The notes beneath the pieces were generated by a model. That model was not told the DNA's origin. It saw nothing but the letters and a program-made list of their open reading frames with translations, and made no database searches. The position numbers and the translations under genes were made by a program. From PVC group bacterium (lineage in GTDB: Bacteria > Verrucomicrobiota > Kiritimatiellia > SS1-B-03-39 > UBA6053), in NCBI GenBank assembly GCA_003565815.1, contig PXAS01000174.1:1-33377 (forward strand): a stretch of DNA of 33,377 nt, written 5' to 3'. Of this stretch, positions 7,701 to 14,600 are shown piece after piece (position 1 is the first letter of the stretch; each line of letters starts with the position of its first letter).

Positions 7701-9086
7701 GTTTTGGACCTTCCGGTCGGTTGCCGCCAGGTCGTTGTACACATCGGTCAGGAACCGGGAGGACTCGGTGGGGCGGGTGGTGAGCGCCGAGATTTCCGAA
7801 TTGAAGGTCTTGAGCAGGTTTTGTCCGAACTCCGTTTGTTTAAGAAAATTGCGCAACCTGGTGACATCGTTCTCCGAGATCCGCTCCTGTTCCGCCTTAC
7901 GCCATTGTTGCATCTGCTCGAACTGCTTGTTGACCGGGCCTTTGACCTGTTCCGGCAGGTTGTTGAGATAAGCCGCGCGTTTAGGTAACGGCATATCGTA
8001 AAGTTGCAGGGCGAGGGTGAAGGCGGTCTGACGGGCCAGGGCGGTGTCCGCAGGTTGACGGCTCAGAATGTTTCCGAGCGTATGGATGTAGTCGCTTGTG
8101 GCCTGGGTGCCCAGGGGGGTCACATCATACGATTCGCCCACAGTGGGAACGTAGACGGTTGACTCGAGCTTGGCCCCCGTCTGTGAGGCCAGCCGTTGAT
8201 TCACTTTGTTGATTCGCTGGATGTATTTGTTCCGTTCAATTTCCAACTGGCGGATTTCCGCCCGGGTGCGTTTCCGCTGCGCCTCGCTTTCTTTGCCCAT
8301 TCTGCGGCTGAGTTCCCTCAGTTTGCGCTGTTTCCGCTCGGCCTGCTCGACCATCTCGGTCACGTACGAACCCGCATCCAGCACATCAATCTTCTGGCCG
8401 GACCGGTAACGGGCCTCCACACGCGCGGCTTCGATGCGTTTGTAGGTGTCCGCGCCTTTTCCTTGGAAATAGGTGGCAATCCGGGAGAATTCCTCGGGGG
8501 TGGTGGCGTCGTGGGCCACCATGAAGTCCGTCCCCGTGTCAAAAACACCCGCACTCATCCGCACCGCGCCCCCACCGCGTCGACGCACCTCATTCCCGAC
8601 AGTCTGTCGATAGGCCCGCTCGACCTTTTGAATGTCCTCAAGTGTGACCGGTTTGCCGTCTCTGCGCCTGATCAGGAAATCGGTGTCCGATCCGATGCGC
8701 CATTCCCCGGCATCCGGCGCCACCCGCTGCATGTCCAACTGATAGGCCCCCAGACCGCGAACCGCCTTGCGGGCGATCAGAAGGTTTTCGCTCTGATGCC
8801 AGAACATCGCCTCCTGGTATTGCATGTTCGAGAAGCTGCCGATCCCGTCCAGATGACCGTTATTCCGGGCGGCCATCCCCCGCAGGGTGTGCAGGCGGTT
8901 GATGTTTTTCAATACAATCGCCTGATTGTGCGGATTATTCTGGAGATTTGTGGCTGCCCGCCAGATGGCTTCGTCCGACTCCTGTGCAAGCAGGTTCAGG
9001 GGGGACAAACTTATGGCCAGCAGTATTCCACAGAGGAGAATTTGTTTCGCCCGGACGATTTTTTGGGAGAGCTGATTCATGAGCAT
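1758..9086 (-). CDS. Giant secreted multidomain protein (2442 aa), unknown function
   Basis: Uninterrupted 2442-codon ORF with ATGs at 9086 and 9080; AGAGA lies 7 nt before the latter. Signal peptide: ...ILLAISLSPLNLLA/QE. Architecture read from the translation:
- N-terminal domain shared with the 15751..21438 protein
- ~650-aa helical region
- 3 PKD/Ig-like repeats
- Pro/Glu-rich linker
- low-GC segment
- ~4 further Ig-like repeats (3330-4400)
- 7 x 52-aa TPR-like repeats
- Arg/Glu/Gln-rich helix
- 93-aa beta-rich C-terminal domain. Confidence 0.92.
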   Translation of the reverse strand: MLMNQLSQKIVRAKQILLCGILLAISLSPLNLLAQESDEAIWRAATNLQNNPHNQAIVLKNINRLHTLRGMAARNNGHLDGIGSFSNMQYQEAMFWHQSENLLIARKAVRGLGAYQLDMQRVAPDAGEWRIGSDTDFLIRRRDGKPVTLEDIQKVERAYRQTVGNEVRRRGGGAVRMSAGVFDTGTDFMVAHDATTPEEFSRIATYFQGKGADTYKRIEAARVEARYRSGQKIDVLDAGSYVTEMVEQAERKQRKLRELSRRMGKESEAQRKRTRAEIRQLEIERNKYIQRINKVNQRLASQTGAKLESTVYVPTVGESYDVTPLGTQATSDYIHTLGNILSRQPADTALARQTAFTLALQLYDMPLPKRAAYLNNLPEQVKGPVNKQFEQMQQWRKAEQERISENDVTRLRNFLKQTEFGQNLLKTFNSEISALTTRPTESSRFLTDVYNDLAATDRKVQNRAQSLAMWLNLAVQARDAKSDAELAILLGRTLASTTYYGTVAEAMYTGLVEGDGMALARTVILMLCPKSALPQVVESIGNSVINLTSGVLEDHQLMVLYASAEFTDGTFTGLGGYKDGSDAICKWFDEVLKPGGNYWVEGVFVRALELSKERNLGQDVLSGINAFSSRAFVKALESTVYGGRATFMGQHGGVQQARGAVAKLTERINEVADTLGRSVPANVGPGWEVLAEFDPAHRRAMKGLLEHRASAWADVQRALCAAVVDFLETRHRAEQGLEGGDEAALALLDEVVRLFTELDMFDLGMEWLEDECAYGPKIMYNTFEPNAVWYTRTPRSRIEFWLSYNDKEVRIKAMQGLQRFYDAYSTVHEIRGTVEDLYRRAGGEEALETRPLTGVPPLTADPGFDQQVAAKMLQSAVELFDTYEKRLWYIKRDALCDNQVQLDAPFDRRILLAIYAEIIGLENDIAMARGEFHDNRRRAMPVRAWRDMKQIWDHGFRNPNWERARAGWDALDELVEEFRAHYDAIQRAIAILPPAAVIEDRAVPGTPYAFGLEAAAIPPETEYVWREGDRIIGRGETLSHTFETAGQRTLRVEATWAKSTRVECNGSIKAEITVVIHDDAAGPSLAIQLPDDLGEEAERNRAYAFRSMRRNIPDDAEISWLVNYQPAGVGAEVQLHFSQSGPNIVELIAEWEVEGSWNGGERVMARPQTVLVEQGEPELAIIPPPDLLDGTGEPNVSYVFATHPRQIPDHATYAWRVDGEVRGRGEFQSLHFPEEGEYQVSVTASWTAPQEEGGHPEVLQATYAVRISLPPPEPEPEPEPEHEPEHGAEPETGAENQTGKKDQRPSDVPDQTGSSGGQGGPSASPAQREGAEPSSPVNVVPGETPSSAGETSGGEVKVGDVVDLDFSPPYRKRYPELFEMGKVGKEPDQPNSNKFYATADGKIVNISGTWSSEWRINMIYYKISLHIEQRGHKVKIRPETVVEDRGYPDRDMGHQEKRIAPKFNHATGRILETAEGLFLHLHGKDVPTDTDPIAINIGRAILWWSSNGRIFRPEDKGQFWRQNAAPPRRPDSVNGETEGILLFAFLSNPGSAEFEPKTSKEGLTRVTFKEPGRYEVWADVRITENGKTRTETSQVYVFNVLEGEPEITLAEMQREVVFGQSLGLSTTIIGTGKDLATRVVWHASPTGNTFANPFTEGRANTLTFGRMGTVRVFAELQAREGNAWVKVAESEVQEVDVVAPSFELVFSPQENAKIGENLRVKVLSQPKVPEELIEFRWLRPAKRHTHSSNASEIGFVIGEGVANPAAPIPLEAIAVAKGSGDRIAEIKGSYTPGTYELTVEEPRFRGPTPQVWDPERGGLVNAPRGSVVTHQQVSIGVSLDPAPPGEVRYAWSVSAEGGRTHGSTGRSQTFSAHAPGTYVIAVTARTPSGVELARGQRSVTVLDSRPEPPAEDGDQEDQEKRKRAERLVREGNALEQQGKLEVALAKYEAALRIYEIDGLAGRIQNLRDRLTNRARAQKLVNEGNILEQRHHLTAALAKYEAAQRLYEIDGVAARIQRLRDQLEKRTRAQKLIEEGYALEQQDDLAGAIEKYEAAQQIHANKEVAARIQRLRGQLEKRTRAQKLIEEGYALEQQDDLASAIEKYEEAQALYPDEGVAKRVQTLREKLANRTRAQKLIEEGYALEQQDDLAGAIEKYEEAQALYPDEEVAERIESLREKLVNRTRAQKLIEEGYALEQQDDLAGAIEKYEAAQQIHANKEVAARIQRLRGQLEKRTLAQKLIEEGYALEQRQNHSGAIGKYEEAQRLYANDGVAKRIAALRDQIAAARRSEQQAQLAAERQRRDAEARRAEQQRLARQRRQQAEREAEQKRQEQARREAEQRRQAQAAQKQSLTGTYVAVINEGGTRVKLELNLIQQGNQVTGTMKHLFEQYPEFNDTQRANGTVNGNRLNLRLESREGSVNVTLAVSSDYRTLTDEHAQFRRK
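2040..2225 (-). other. Highly charged Arg/Glu/Gln helix (ER/K-type single alpha-helix or coiled-coil spacer) inside the 2442-aa protein
   Basis: The translation is SEQQAQLAAERQRRDAEARRAEQQRLARQRRQQAEREAEQKRQEQARREAEQRRQAQAAQKQ. It is 62 aa made almost entirely of E, R, Q, A and K, with no Gly or Pro. Confidence 0.5.
2226..3329 (-). repeat. Seven tandem 156-nt (52-aa) TPR-like coding repeats with a 468-nt higher-order duplication
   Basis: The protein unit is TRAQKLIEEGYALEQQDDLAGAIEKYEAAQ..(V/I)A.RIQ.LR.QLEKR, repeated 7 times. DNA 2345-2510 and 2813-2978 (offset 468 nt) differ at only 4 positions in my hand alignment. Confidence 0.9.
4440..5025 (-). other. In-frame low-GC segment (~190 aa, unknown domain) within the giant ORF
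   Basis: Hand counts of 60-nt lines between 4441 and 4980 give 35-50% G+C, with one line at 55%. Line 5221-5280 gives 78%, and lines 4081 and 4261 give 53-58%. The frame stays open (…YRKRYPELFEMGKVGKEPDQPNSNKFYATADGKIVNISGTWSSEWRINMIYYKISLHIEQRGHKVKIRPE…). Confidence 0.6.
5030..5280 (-). repeat. Low-complexity Pro/Glu/Ser/Gly linker including a (PE)n run
   Basis: The translation is PPPEPEPEPEPEHEPEHGAEPETGAENQTGKKDQRPSDVPDQTGSSGGQGGPSASPAQREGAEPSSPVNVVPGETPSSAGETSGGE. Confidence 0.7.
5285..6110 (-). repeat. Three PKD/Ig-like repeats in the 2442-aa protein
   Basis: Three ~90-aa units share the pattern Y.W..(D/N)G...G.G......F...G...V.(V/L).A.W. Examples: YVWREGDRIIGRGETLSHTFETAGQRTLRVEATW and YAWRVDGEVRGRGEFQSLHFPEEGEYQVSVTASW. 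Confidence 0.55.
8097..8981 (-). other. Shared N-terminal domain (copy 1) of the two giant proteins; family not recognised
   Basis: It aligns block by block with 15838-16692:
- NRLHTLRG / ARLNTLGR
- ARKAVRGLGAY / ARRAAKEVGVS
- GSDTDFLIRRRDGKPV / GTDTDLIVYRGPDGKLI
- FDTGTDFM / IDANTDFM
- AARVEARY / AVRVEYQM
- IDVLDAGSYV / ISVNDAGRYV
- KYIQRINKV / KYIDRINTV. Confidence 0.7.
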
Positions 9087-9091
9087 TCTCT

Positions 9092-10393
9092 TTATTCATT
9101 GAAGATGTTTTTGAGTTCTCTGCCCAGTTGCTCGAATTCCTGTATGACTTCGTCCACATCCTCCAAAAATTCATCCACGGACAGATTTTCTGCGGGTTGT
9201 GCCGTTCGCGGCGCCCCATTCGAAGCCTTCATTTTTTCCAGAGACTCCGCGGCTTCGGGATGTCCCCCTTCCAACGCTTTTCGATACCATTGCCGCGCAA
9301 GATCCGGGGAGGGAGCCACCCCGCGACCGTTCTCATACGCGACGCCCAGTTCAAATGCCGCAGATTCATCCCCCTGTTCTGCCGCCAACCGCCACAGCCG
9401 CACCGCTTCCCCGGGATTTTGCGGAACGCCCAAACCTTCCGAATACTGCAGCCCCAGAAAATACTGTCCATATGCATTTCCCTGATTCGCGGCCCGGTTC
9501 AACCAGTCATGCGCCATGTCAAAATCCTGACGGTCCGACTCCATCAGATACAGAGCACCCAAAATCGCCTGAGCCTCTTCAAAACCTTGTTCGGCTGACA
9601 ACCGCAACCAATGAAAGGCCTGCCCTGAATCTTCCGGCAGGCCCAACAAGCCTTCGAAATAGAACATGCCCAATATCATTTGCGCCTCGGCGGCTCCGGC
9701 TTTCGCCGCATCTCCAACCCATTGCACAGCTTTGGCGTTTTCGAATGGCATGGGTTCTCCCTCCATCATTCGCTCTACCAAAGCAATCATGGCCTCTATG
9801 TCCCCGCCGTCCGCGCGTTTGATCTGTTTATCCGTTTCAGAGGCGGGTGCGGCATCCGGGGGGTCTTCCCACGGTAAACGTTCCGCCGGTTTGGGATGAG
9901 TCGATTCCAACGCTGGAGTTTTCGGCTCCACAACCTCGGGTTCTTCCAGGAGGTTTGGAGAGGCCGTTTGCTCCTTCTCCCACGGCAAACGCACGGGTTC
10001 CGCCGCTGCCGGCGGCGTGGGAGGCTCTTCGGTGAACCCCGGCGGAATCCCCGGTTCCTCCGGGGCGGCCCCCCCCTCCTGTTGCCAGGGGAGGATGATG
10101 TTTTCGGGTGCGGTTGACGGGCCGGGTGCTTCTTCTGGATTCCCCTTGCCAACCAACTGCGCACGCAGTTCTGTGATCTTTTCAACAATGGCGGGATCGT
10201 CGATAACGTTTAGACTGGCCTCATATGTTTTCAAAGCCTCCTCTACGTCGCCTTTCATCTCCAGATAAGCGGCCTCGGCCCGGAGTCGGCGGGCGGACTG
10301 AAGTTCATCGGGACTTTGGCCGAGCGAAACCGGTCCGAACGCCAAGAGCCATCCCGTGGCCAAGTATGAGAAAAAGAGAGGTTTGATGTTCAT
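9092..10393 (-). CDS. Secreted Sel1-repeat (SLR/TPR-like) protein with N-terminal TPR-like module and Pro-rich LPW linker
   Basis: 433-aa ORF with AAGGAG/AGGTGA upstream of the ATG. Signal peptide: MNIKPLFFSYLATGWLLAFGPVSLG. About five Sel1-like repeats lie at aa ~195-385 (AQMILGMFYFEGLLGLPEDSGQAFHWLRLSAEQG, AYGQYFLGLQYSEGLGVPQNPGEAVRLWRLAAEQG, AAFELGVAYENGRGVAPSPDLARQWYRKALEGG). The stop is 5 nt before the giant ORF start. Confidence 0.9.
   Translation of the reverse strand: MNIKPLFFSYLATGWLLAFGPVSLGQSPDELQSARRLRAEAAYLEMKGDVEEALKTYEASLNVIDDPAIVEKITELRAQLVGKGNPEEAPGPSTAPENIILPWQQEGGAAPEEPGIPPGFTEEPPTPPAAAEPVRLPWEKEQTASPNLLEEPEVVEPKTPALESTHPKPAERLPWEDPPDAAPASETDKQIKRADGGDIEAMIALVERMMEGEPMPFENAKAVQWVGDAAKAGAAEAQMILGMFYFEGLLGLPEDSGQAFHWLRLSAEQGFEEAQAILGALYLMESDRQDFDMAHDWLNRAANQGNAYGQYFLGLQYSEGLGVPQNPGEAVRLWRLAAEQGDESAAFELGVAYENGRGVAPSPDLARQWYRKALEGGHPEAAESLEKMKASNGAPRTAQPAENLSVDEFLEDVDEVIQEFEQLGRELKNIFNE
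10154..10315 (-). other. Locus-specific TPR-like module (copy in Sel1 protein)
   Basis: The sequence is ELQSARRLRAEAAYLEMKGDVEEALKTYEASLNVIDDPAIVEKITELRAQL, directly after the signal peptide. By hand alignment, 26 of 48 positions are identical to the copy at 30318-30479. Confidence 0.65.
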
Positions 10394-10460
10394 TTCACCT
10401 ACTCCTTTTCAACTCATGTTGAGATTGATGTTGTCGGTATTCATGACGTATTCGGATGAT

Positions 10461-11663
10461 TTATTCGGGTGGGCCTCCAAAGACCCACCCGAGCGTCAAC
10501 TCAATCTGATAGCCCCCCAGATCATATTTAACCTGGTCGGGTCCGATGGAAAGGGTTGTCCTTTCCACCCATTCATATCCGCCCGCGGCACTGAGGGTCA
10601 TTTGATCGTTCAGTGCCCACAGTACCCCAATTGAGAGCGAAGCGCCCCACAGCCATTTTTGCTCGTCCGATCTGTCACGCCATTGGCCAATCAATTGACC
10701 GGATTCGGTTTCGAAGGTTTCCTGCCGCCGCAAGCGGGTGTCGAGAAGATTCAGGGAGCCACCCCCTTGAACAAACAGGGAAAGTTCATCGGAGACGTCC
10801 GCGTGGAAACGCGGCCCCATCCCCAGGACGAACAAGTCGGCCTCCGTTTGCAATTCCACCCGGCTGTGTGCCACGACCTGGTGGCTTCCGGTGACGCGGC
10901 TGCTTGTGGCCTCGGAATCCCCCGTGGCGCGAACGGCAAGGGGCGTGTCGGAAATCAACGGACCGACTCCCGTGGGATCGTTCATTGCATAGGGCCCGGA
11001 GGGGAAGAATGGATTGTGGAAGGTGTCGTACACAAATTCTGTGGACGCGCTTTGCCCAAAGACCCTGACGGTGCTCCGCATTTCCTGCTGAAAAGCGTTG
11101 CGGGTGCGGAGGGAGCGGTCCAATCCACCCAACCAGCCAAGCTGAAGTTGGGCGCTGAGATCCCACGAATCTTCCTCTAAAACCAAAAACCCCGCGCGGG
11201 CCAGCAGCCCAAGGCCCTCCAGATCCCCGCTGTCTTTCCAGCTTCCCCCGCTAGAGGTCAGGCGCGTGGTGGTTTGGGTTGTCTCAAGGGTTCCGTTGTG
11301 GGTTCGGGTAAAGGTCAGCGTTCCGGCCCCGGCATCGTGCTGGGCGTCGTTTTGAAACCCGAAGAACTGTGTTTGACCCTGAGAGAAAAAAAGCGGCGTG
11401 CCGGAGGGACCGACAAAGCCATCATCGAATTGCCGGAAAATTTGCGCGGCCCCGTCGTCACGTGCCCTGGAAACCCGGGGGGCGGTGCCGCGGGTGCCGG
11501 GACGGGCGATTTGCGCCCCGGTTTCCGCGGCCCTGGAGCCTCCCTTTACCTCCACGTCCATGCCGCCGCGGTAAAAGGGTCCGATTTCGAAATACCACTC
11601 CCCGCGCACGGGGTTCAGCGCAAACAAGCCAACGATCAGACAGACGATGTGAAAGGTTTTCAT
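10461..11663 (-). CDS. Outer-membrane beta-barrel-like protein
   Basis: 400-aa ORF with signal peptide MKTFHIVCLIVGLFALNPVRG. It is Gly/aromatic-rich with alternating strand-like segments, and ends in a strand-like ...YQIELTLGWVF followed by GGPPE. Its ATG overlaps the upstream stop (TAATG at 11661-11665). No specific OMP family recognised. Confidence 0.7.
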   Translation of the reverse strand: MKTFHIVCLIVGLFALNPVRGEWYFEIGPFYRGGMDVEVKGGSRAAETGAQIARPGTRGTAPRVSRARDDGAAQIFRQFDDGFVGPSGTPLFFSQGQTQFFGFQNDAQHDAGAGTLTFTRTHNGTLETTQTTTRLTSSGGSWKDSGDLEGLGLLARAGFLVLEEDSWDLSAQLQLGWLGGLDRSLRTRNAFQQEMRSTVRVFGQSASTEFVYDTFHNPFFPSGPYAMNDPTGVGPLISDTPLAVRATGDSEATSSRVTGSHQVVAHSRVELQTEADLFVLGMGPRFHADVSDELSLFVQGGGSLNLLDTRLRRQETFETESGQLIGQWRDRSDEQKWLWGASLSIGVLWALNDQMTLSAAGGYEWVERTTLSIGPDQVKYDLGGYQIELTLGWVFGGPPE

Positions 11664-14600
11664 TATTTTTCTCCTTCGAAGATTTGTTTCACGCGATACA
11701 CCCGAACCCCTTCCATGGGCCGCGTTGCCGGGGGACCGGGATCAATCCACTGGGTGCGGTTGGCACCCGCGCGCAAACGCAGCGGCACCTGGATCCAAGT
11801 TCCGTTGGGAAAATTGTTCATGTACTCGACCGCGTACAGCGCTCCCGGCGTGCTCTCGAACTCCATCACCACCCGCCCCGTCCCGTCATCCAAAAGAATT
11901 TGACGGGTGATCATCACGCCCCCTTCGGGCAACGGCTGCGGAGGATCCCTGAGAATATACTCGAATTCCAAGAGGGGCGGCGCGTCTTCGGGGGAAACCA
12001 TGGTGGAGAGGTAAACGATGTTGAAGCTGAGCAAATCCCCGTCCGGGAAGAAGGTCTCCACGTCCAAAATGGGCCGTCCTTCCTCATTGAGGCCGGTTTG
12101 ATTCTCAACCGTCATGCCGTCCGCGAGATTGGAAAACAATACCCGCACGCCCAGCGCGTTCCGACCAGAGGTGTTCCGGATCTCCACGGTTTGGGTGAAG
12201 CGCATGTTCCAGGGTTCCCGTTCGGCGAAGGTGTTGCTCTCGACCGCGGGTTGGTCGTCCACCACCTCAATGGTCAGCCTGTGCGTGGCGGTGTAGCCGG
12301 TCGCGAGGTCGGTGGCGGTGATGACGATCTGCGCTTCTCCGGGCGATAGCATTTCCAGACGGAGGTTTCCTTCCGCGTCCACGGAAGCGGCCACCACCTG
12401 TTCGTCACTGGATTCGGTATCATATGCCATGCCAGCGCCGTGGAAGCGGTGCGGAAGGTGAAAATGCAACAGCGCGCCCAACGAAACGGGACCGTCCGGC
12501 GGGAAGCGTTTCGGGTAGGGAATGTTGTCGCCCGTGGGCACCCAAACGGTGTTGGAGGGCAGGCTGAGGCCGGAGGCGTCCTCCGCGAAGATACGGATGG
12601 CGTACCAAGAGCCAGGTTCCAGCGCCGAAAGCTGGTAGTGGGTGGTTTGTGCGACATCCAGCTTTTCGTGGCCGTCCAAATACTGGTTGAAATCTTCGTC
12701 CAGGCCCACGTCGATCCGATACCGGACCGCCCCCGGCACCGGCCGCCAGCGGGCCACCATGCCGGTGGGGGGGATGTCCACCGGCGACAACTGTTCGGGC
12801 GCGGCCAGCTCCAGGTCACCCGGCGCTTCGCTTCCAAGGGTTATGTTGTCAAAGCCGCATAAATTTGCAGCCCCGGCAAAATCAACCGATCGGGCGATTC
12901 CATCAAAGGACACGCCCGTTGGAACCCAATTGTTGTACCAATTCGGCGTTGCGGGTAAATCAAGGGTGGCCAGCTCATTTCCCGTGGCGTCCAGACCGTC
13001 GTACACCCGGATTTGCACGGCTTCCGAACTGGCGTAAAAAAAGGAGAAGCCCGTATGAAAACCCGCGGGGACGTTCATCGTGGTGGCATCACCCGTGAGA
13101 AAAAACAAAATCGTGGGCTCGGATGGCGGGTTGCTGTAATTTCCGGTTGTCAACGCCAGTCCGTTGCCGGAGAAATAGACCCCGTAATCGGGACCGGGCC
13201 CGCTGCCGGATCCGCCCAGCCCACCGTTGTAAAAGTTTTTGACCGGCTCATTGTCCGCCAGACCTTCGAAGGTCAGCACCCTCTGGGGGGTTTGGGGAAG
13301 CACCGTGATGGTCACGGTGGCGGTGTTCGAATCCACGAGCAAATCGTTGGCAATGAACGTAAAGCTGTCGACACCCGAGAAGCCGGTGTTTGGGGTGTAG
13401 GTGAATTCTCCGTTTGCGGCAAAGCTGATCTCGCCGTGTTGTGGCGCGTTTCTCAACGCGAACTGCAATGCGTCTCCATCCTCGTCGGTGGCGGTGACTG
13501 CGTCGGAAAGCGTCTCGTCCACGGCCACCGTGAAATCGGCGTCCTGAGCTACCGGTGCGGAATTCACCGGGGTAATGGTGATCGACACGGTGGCAACGTT
13601 GGAATCCTCCTGTCCGTCATTGGCCACAAAGGTGAAGCTGTCCGTACCCACAAAACCCAATGTCGGCTGACGATGCGCTTGATAGTTAAAGCTGCCGTCG
13701 GCGTTCAAGGTCAAGTCACCCCGTTCTGGTCCGGTCAGCATGGAAAAAGTTGGGGGGCTGCCGTCACCACCGGTTGCAGTCACCGCGCCCGCATACATGT
13801 TCCCTTCGGCCACGGTAAAGGCACCGCCAAGCGCAAATGTGAACGGGGGAGCGGGGGAAGGCCGAGGGGCCACCAAAGGGGATTGAAAATACGGAAACGA
13901 TTCGTCTTCATCCATTTGCCAAATATCCGAGAAATCCCACCCACTGAACGTGGATTGCCGCATCATTTGTGCCGTCGTTCGTCCTTCGCCGGAGCCGTGC
14001 GTATAGGCGGTCCCGGTCGTCTCCGTATCCCAATAGGAACCACTGACCAACGCGCCATACCATCTGTAAAATCCCGAGATTCCCGCAGGATTTCCATCGG
14101 CGGCCGACAAGGGCCCGGCAGAATAACTATTATAGATTTGTCCATTCCATGCATTATGTCCGGCAATCCCTCCGCAAAAACTTCCGGCTCCCATATTCGG
14201 GTGACTATGGATCGCCGTTGCGGCAACAGAGCTTGTAGAAAAACAATTTCGGATTGTGGTTCTTGCGGCGGCACCTGCAATACCCCCTGTATAATGTGTT
14301 CCAATGATCACATTTTTACGACTCGCACAATTTTCGATGAATGTGTCATGACTTGCATACGCAGAATCACCACTTCCCATGATCCCACCCACCACCGCCC
14401 CTTTCGCCTCTATGTGGCTTTTCATGACACGGCAATTCACAATATGGCCGGAAGGCGCCCTGCCTACAATCCCGCCTACAGATACGCCCCCGATGATCGT
14501 TGCCCATTTGATGTTGACATTCCGCACCTCGCCGGAGTCTAAGCTTGCAAAGAATCCGATGTGTCTGTCATTGGGAAATGTCATGTTGAAATTTATGAGT

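Noticed and set aside
8196-9485. 429-aa plus-strand ORF, and similar long shadow ORFs at 5823-6680, 11369-12349, 22498-23430, 23667-24440, 24437-25462, 25466-26161 and 31122-31952
   Set aside because: All lie antisense to, or out of frame with, ORFs that carry recognisable motifs (Sel1, vWA, Walker A/B, FtsX, S41 etc.). They show the Arg/Pro/Gly-rich composition of non-coding frames in GC-rich genes.
13013-14542. 509-aa ORF on the plus strand
   Set aside because: It lies antisense to the GLUG/cadherin-like region, whose minus-strand translation has clear domain motifs. The plus translation is Arg/Gly/His-rich and featureless.
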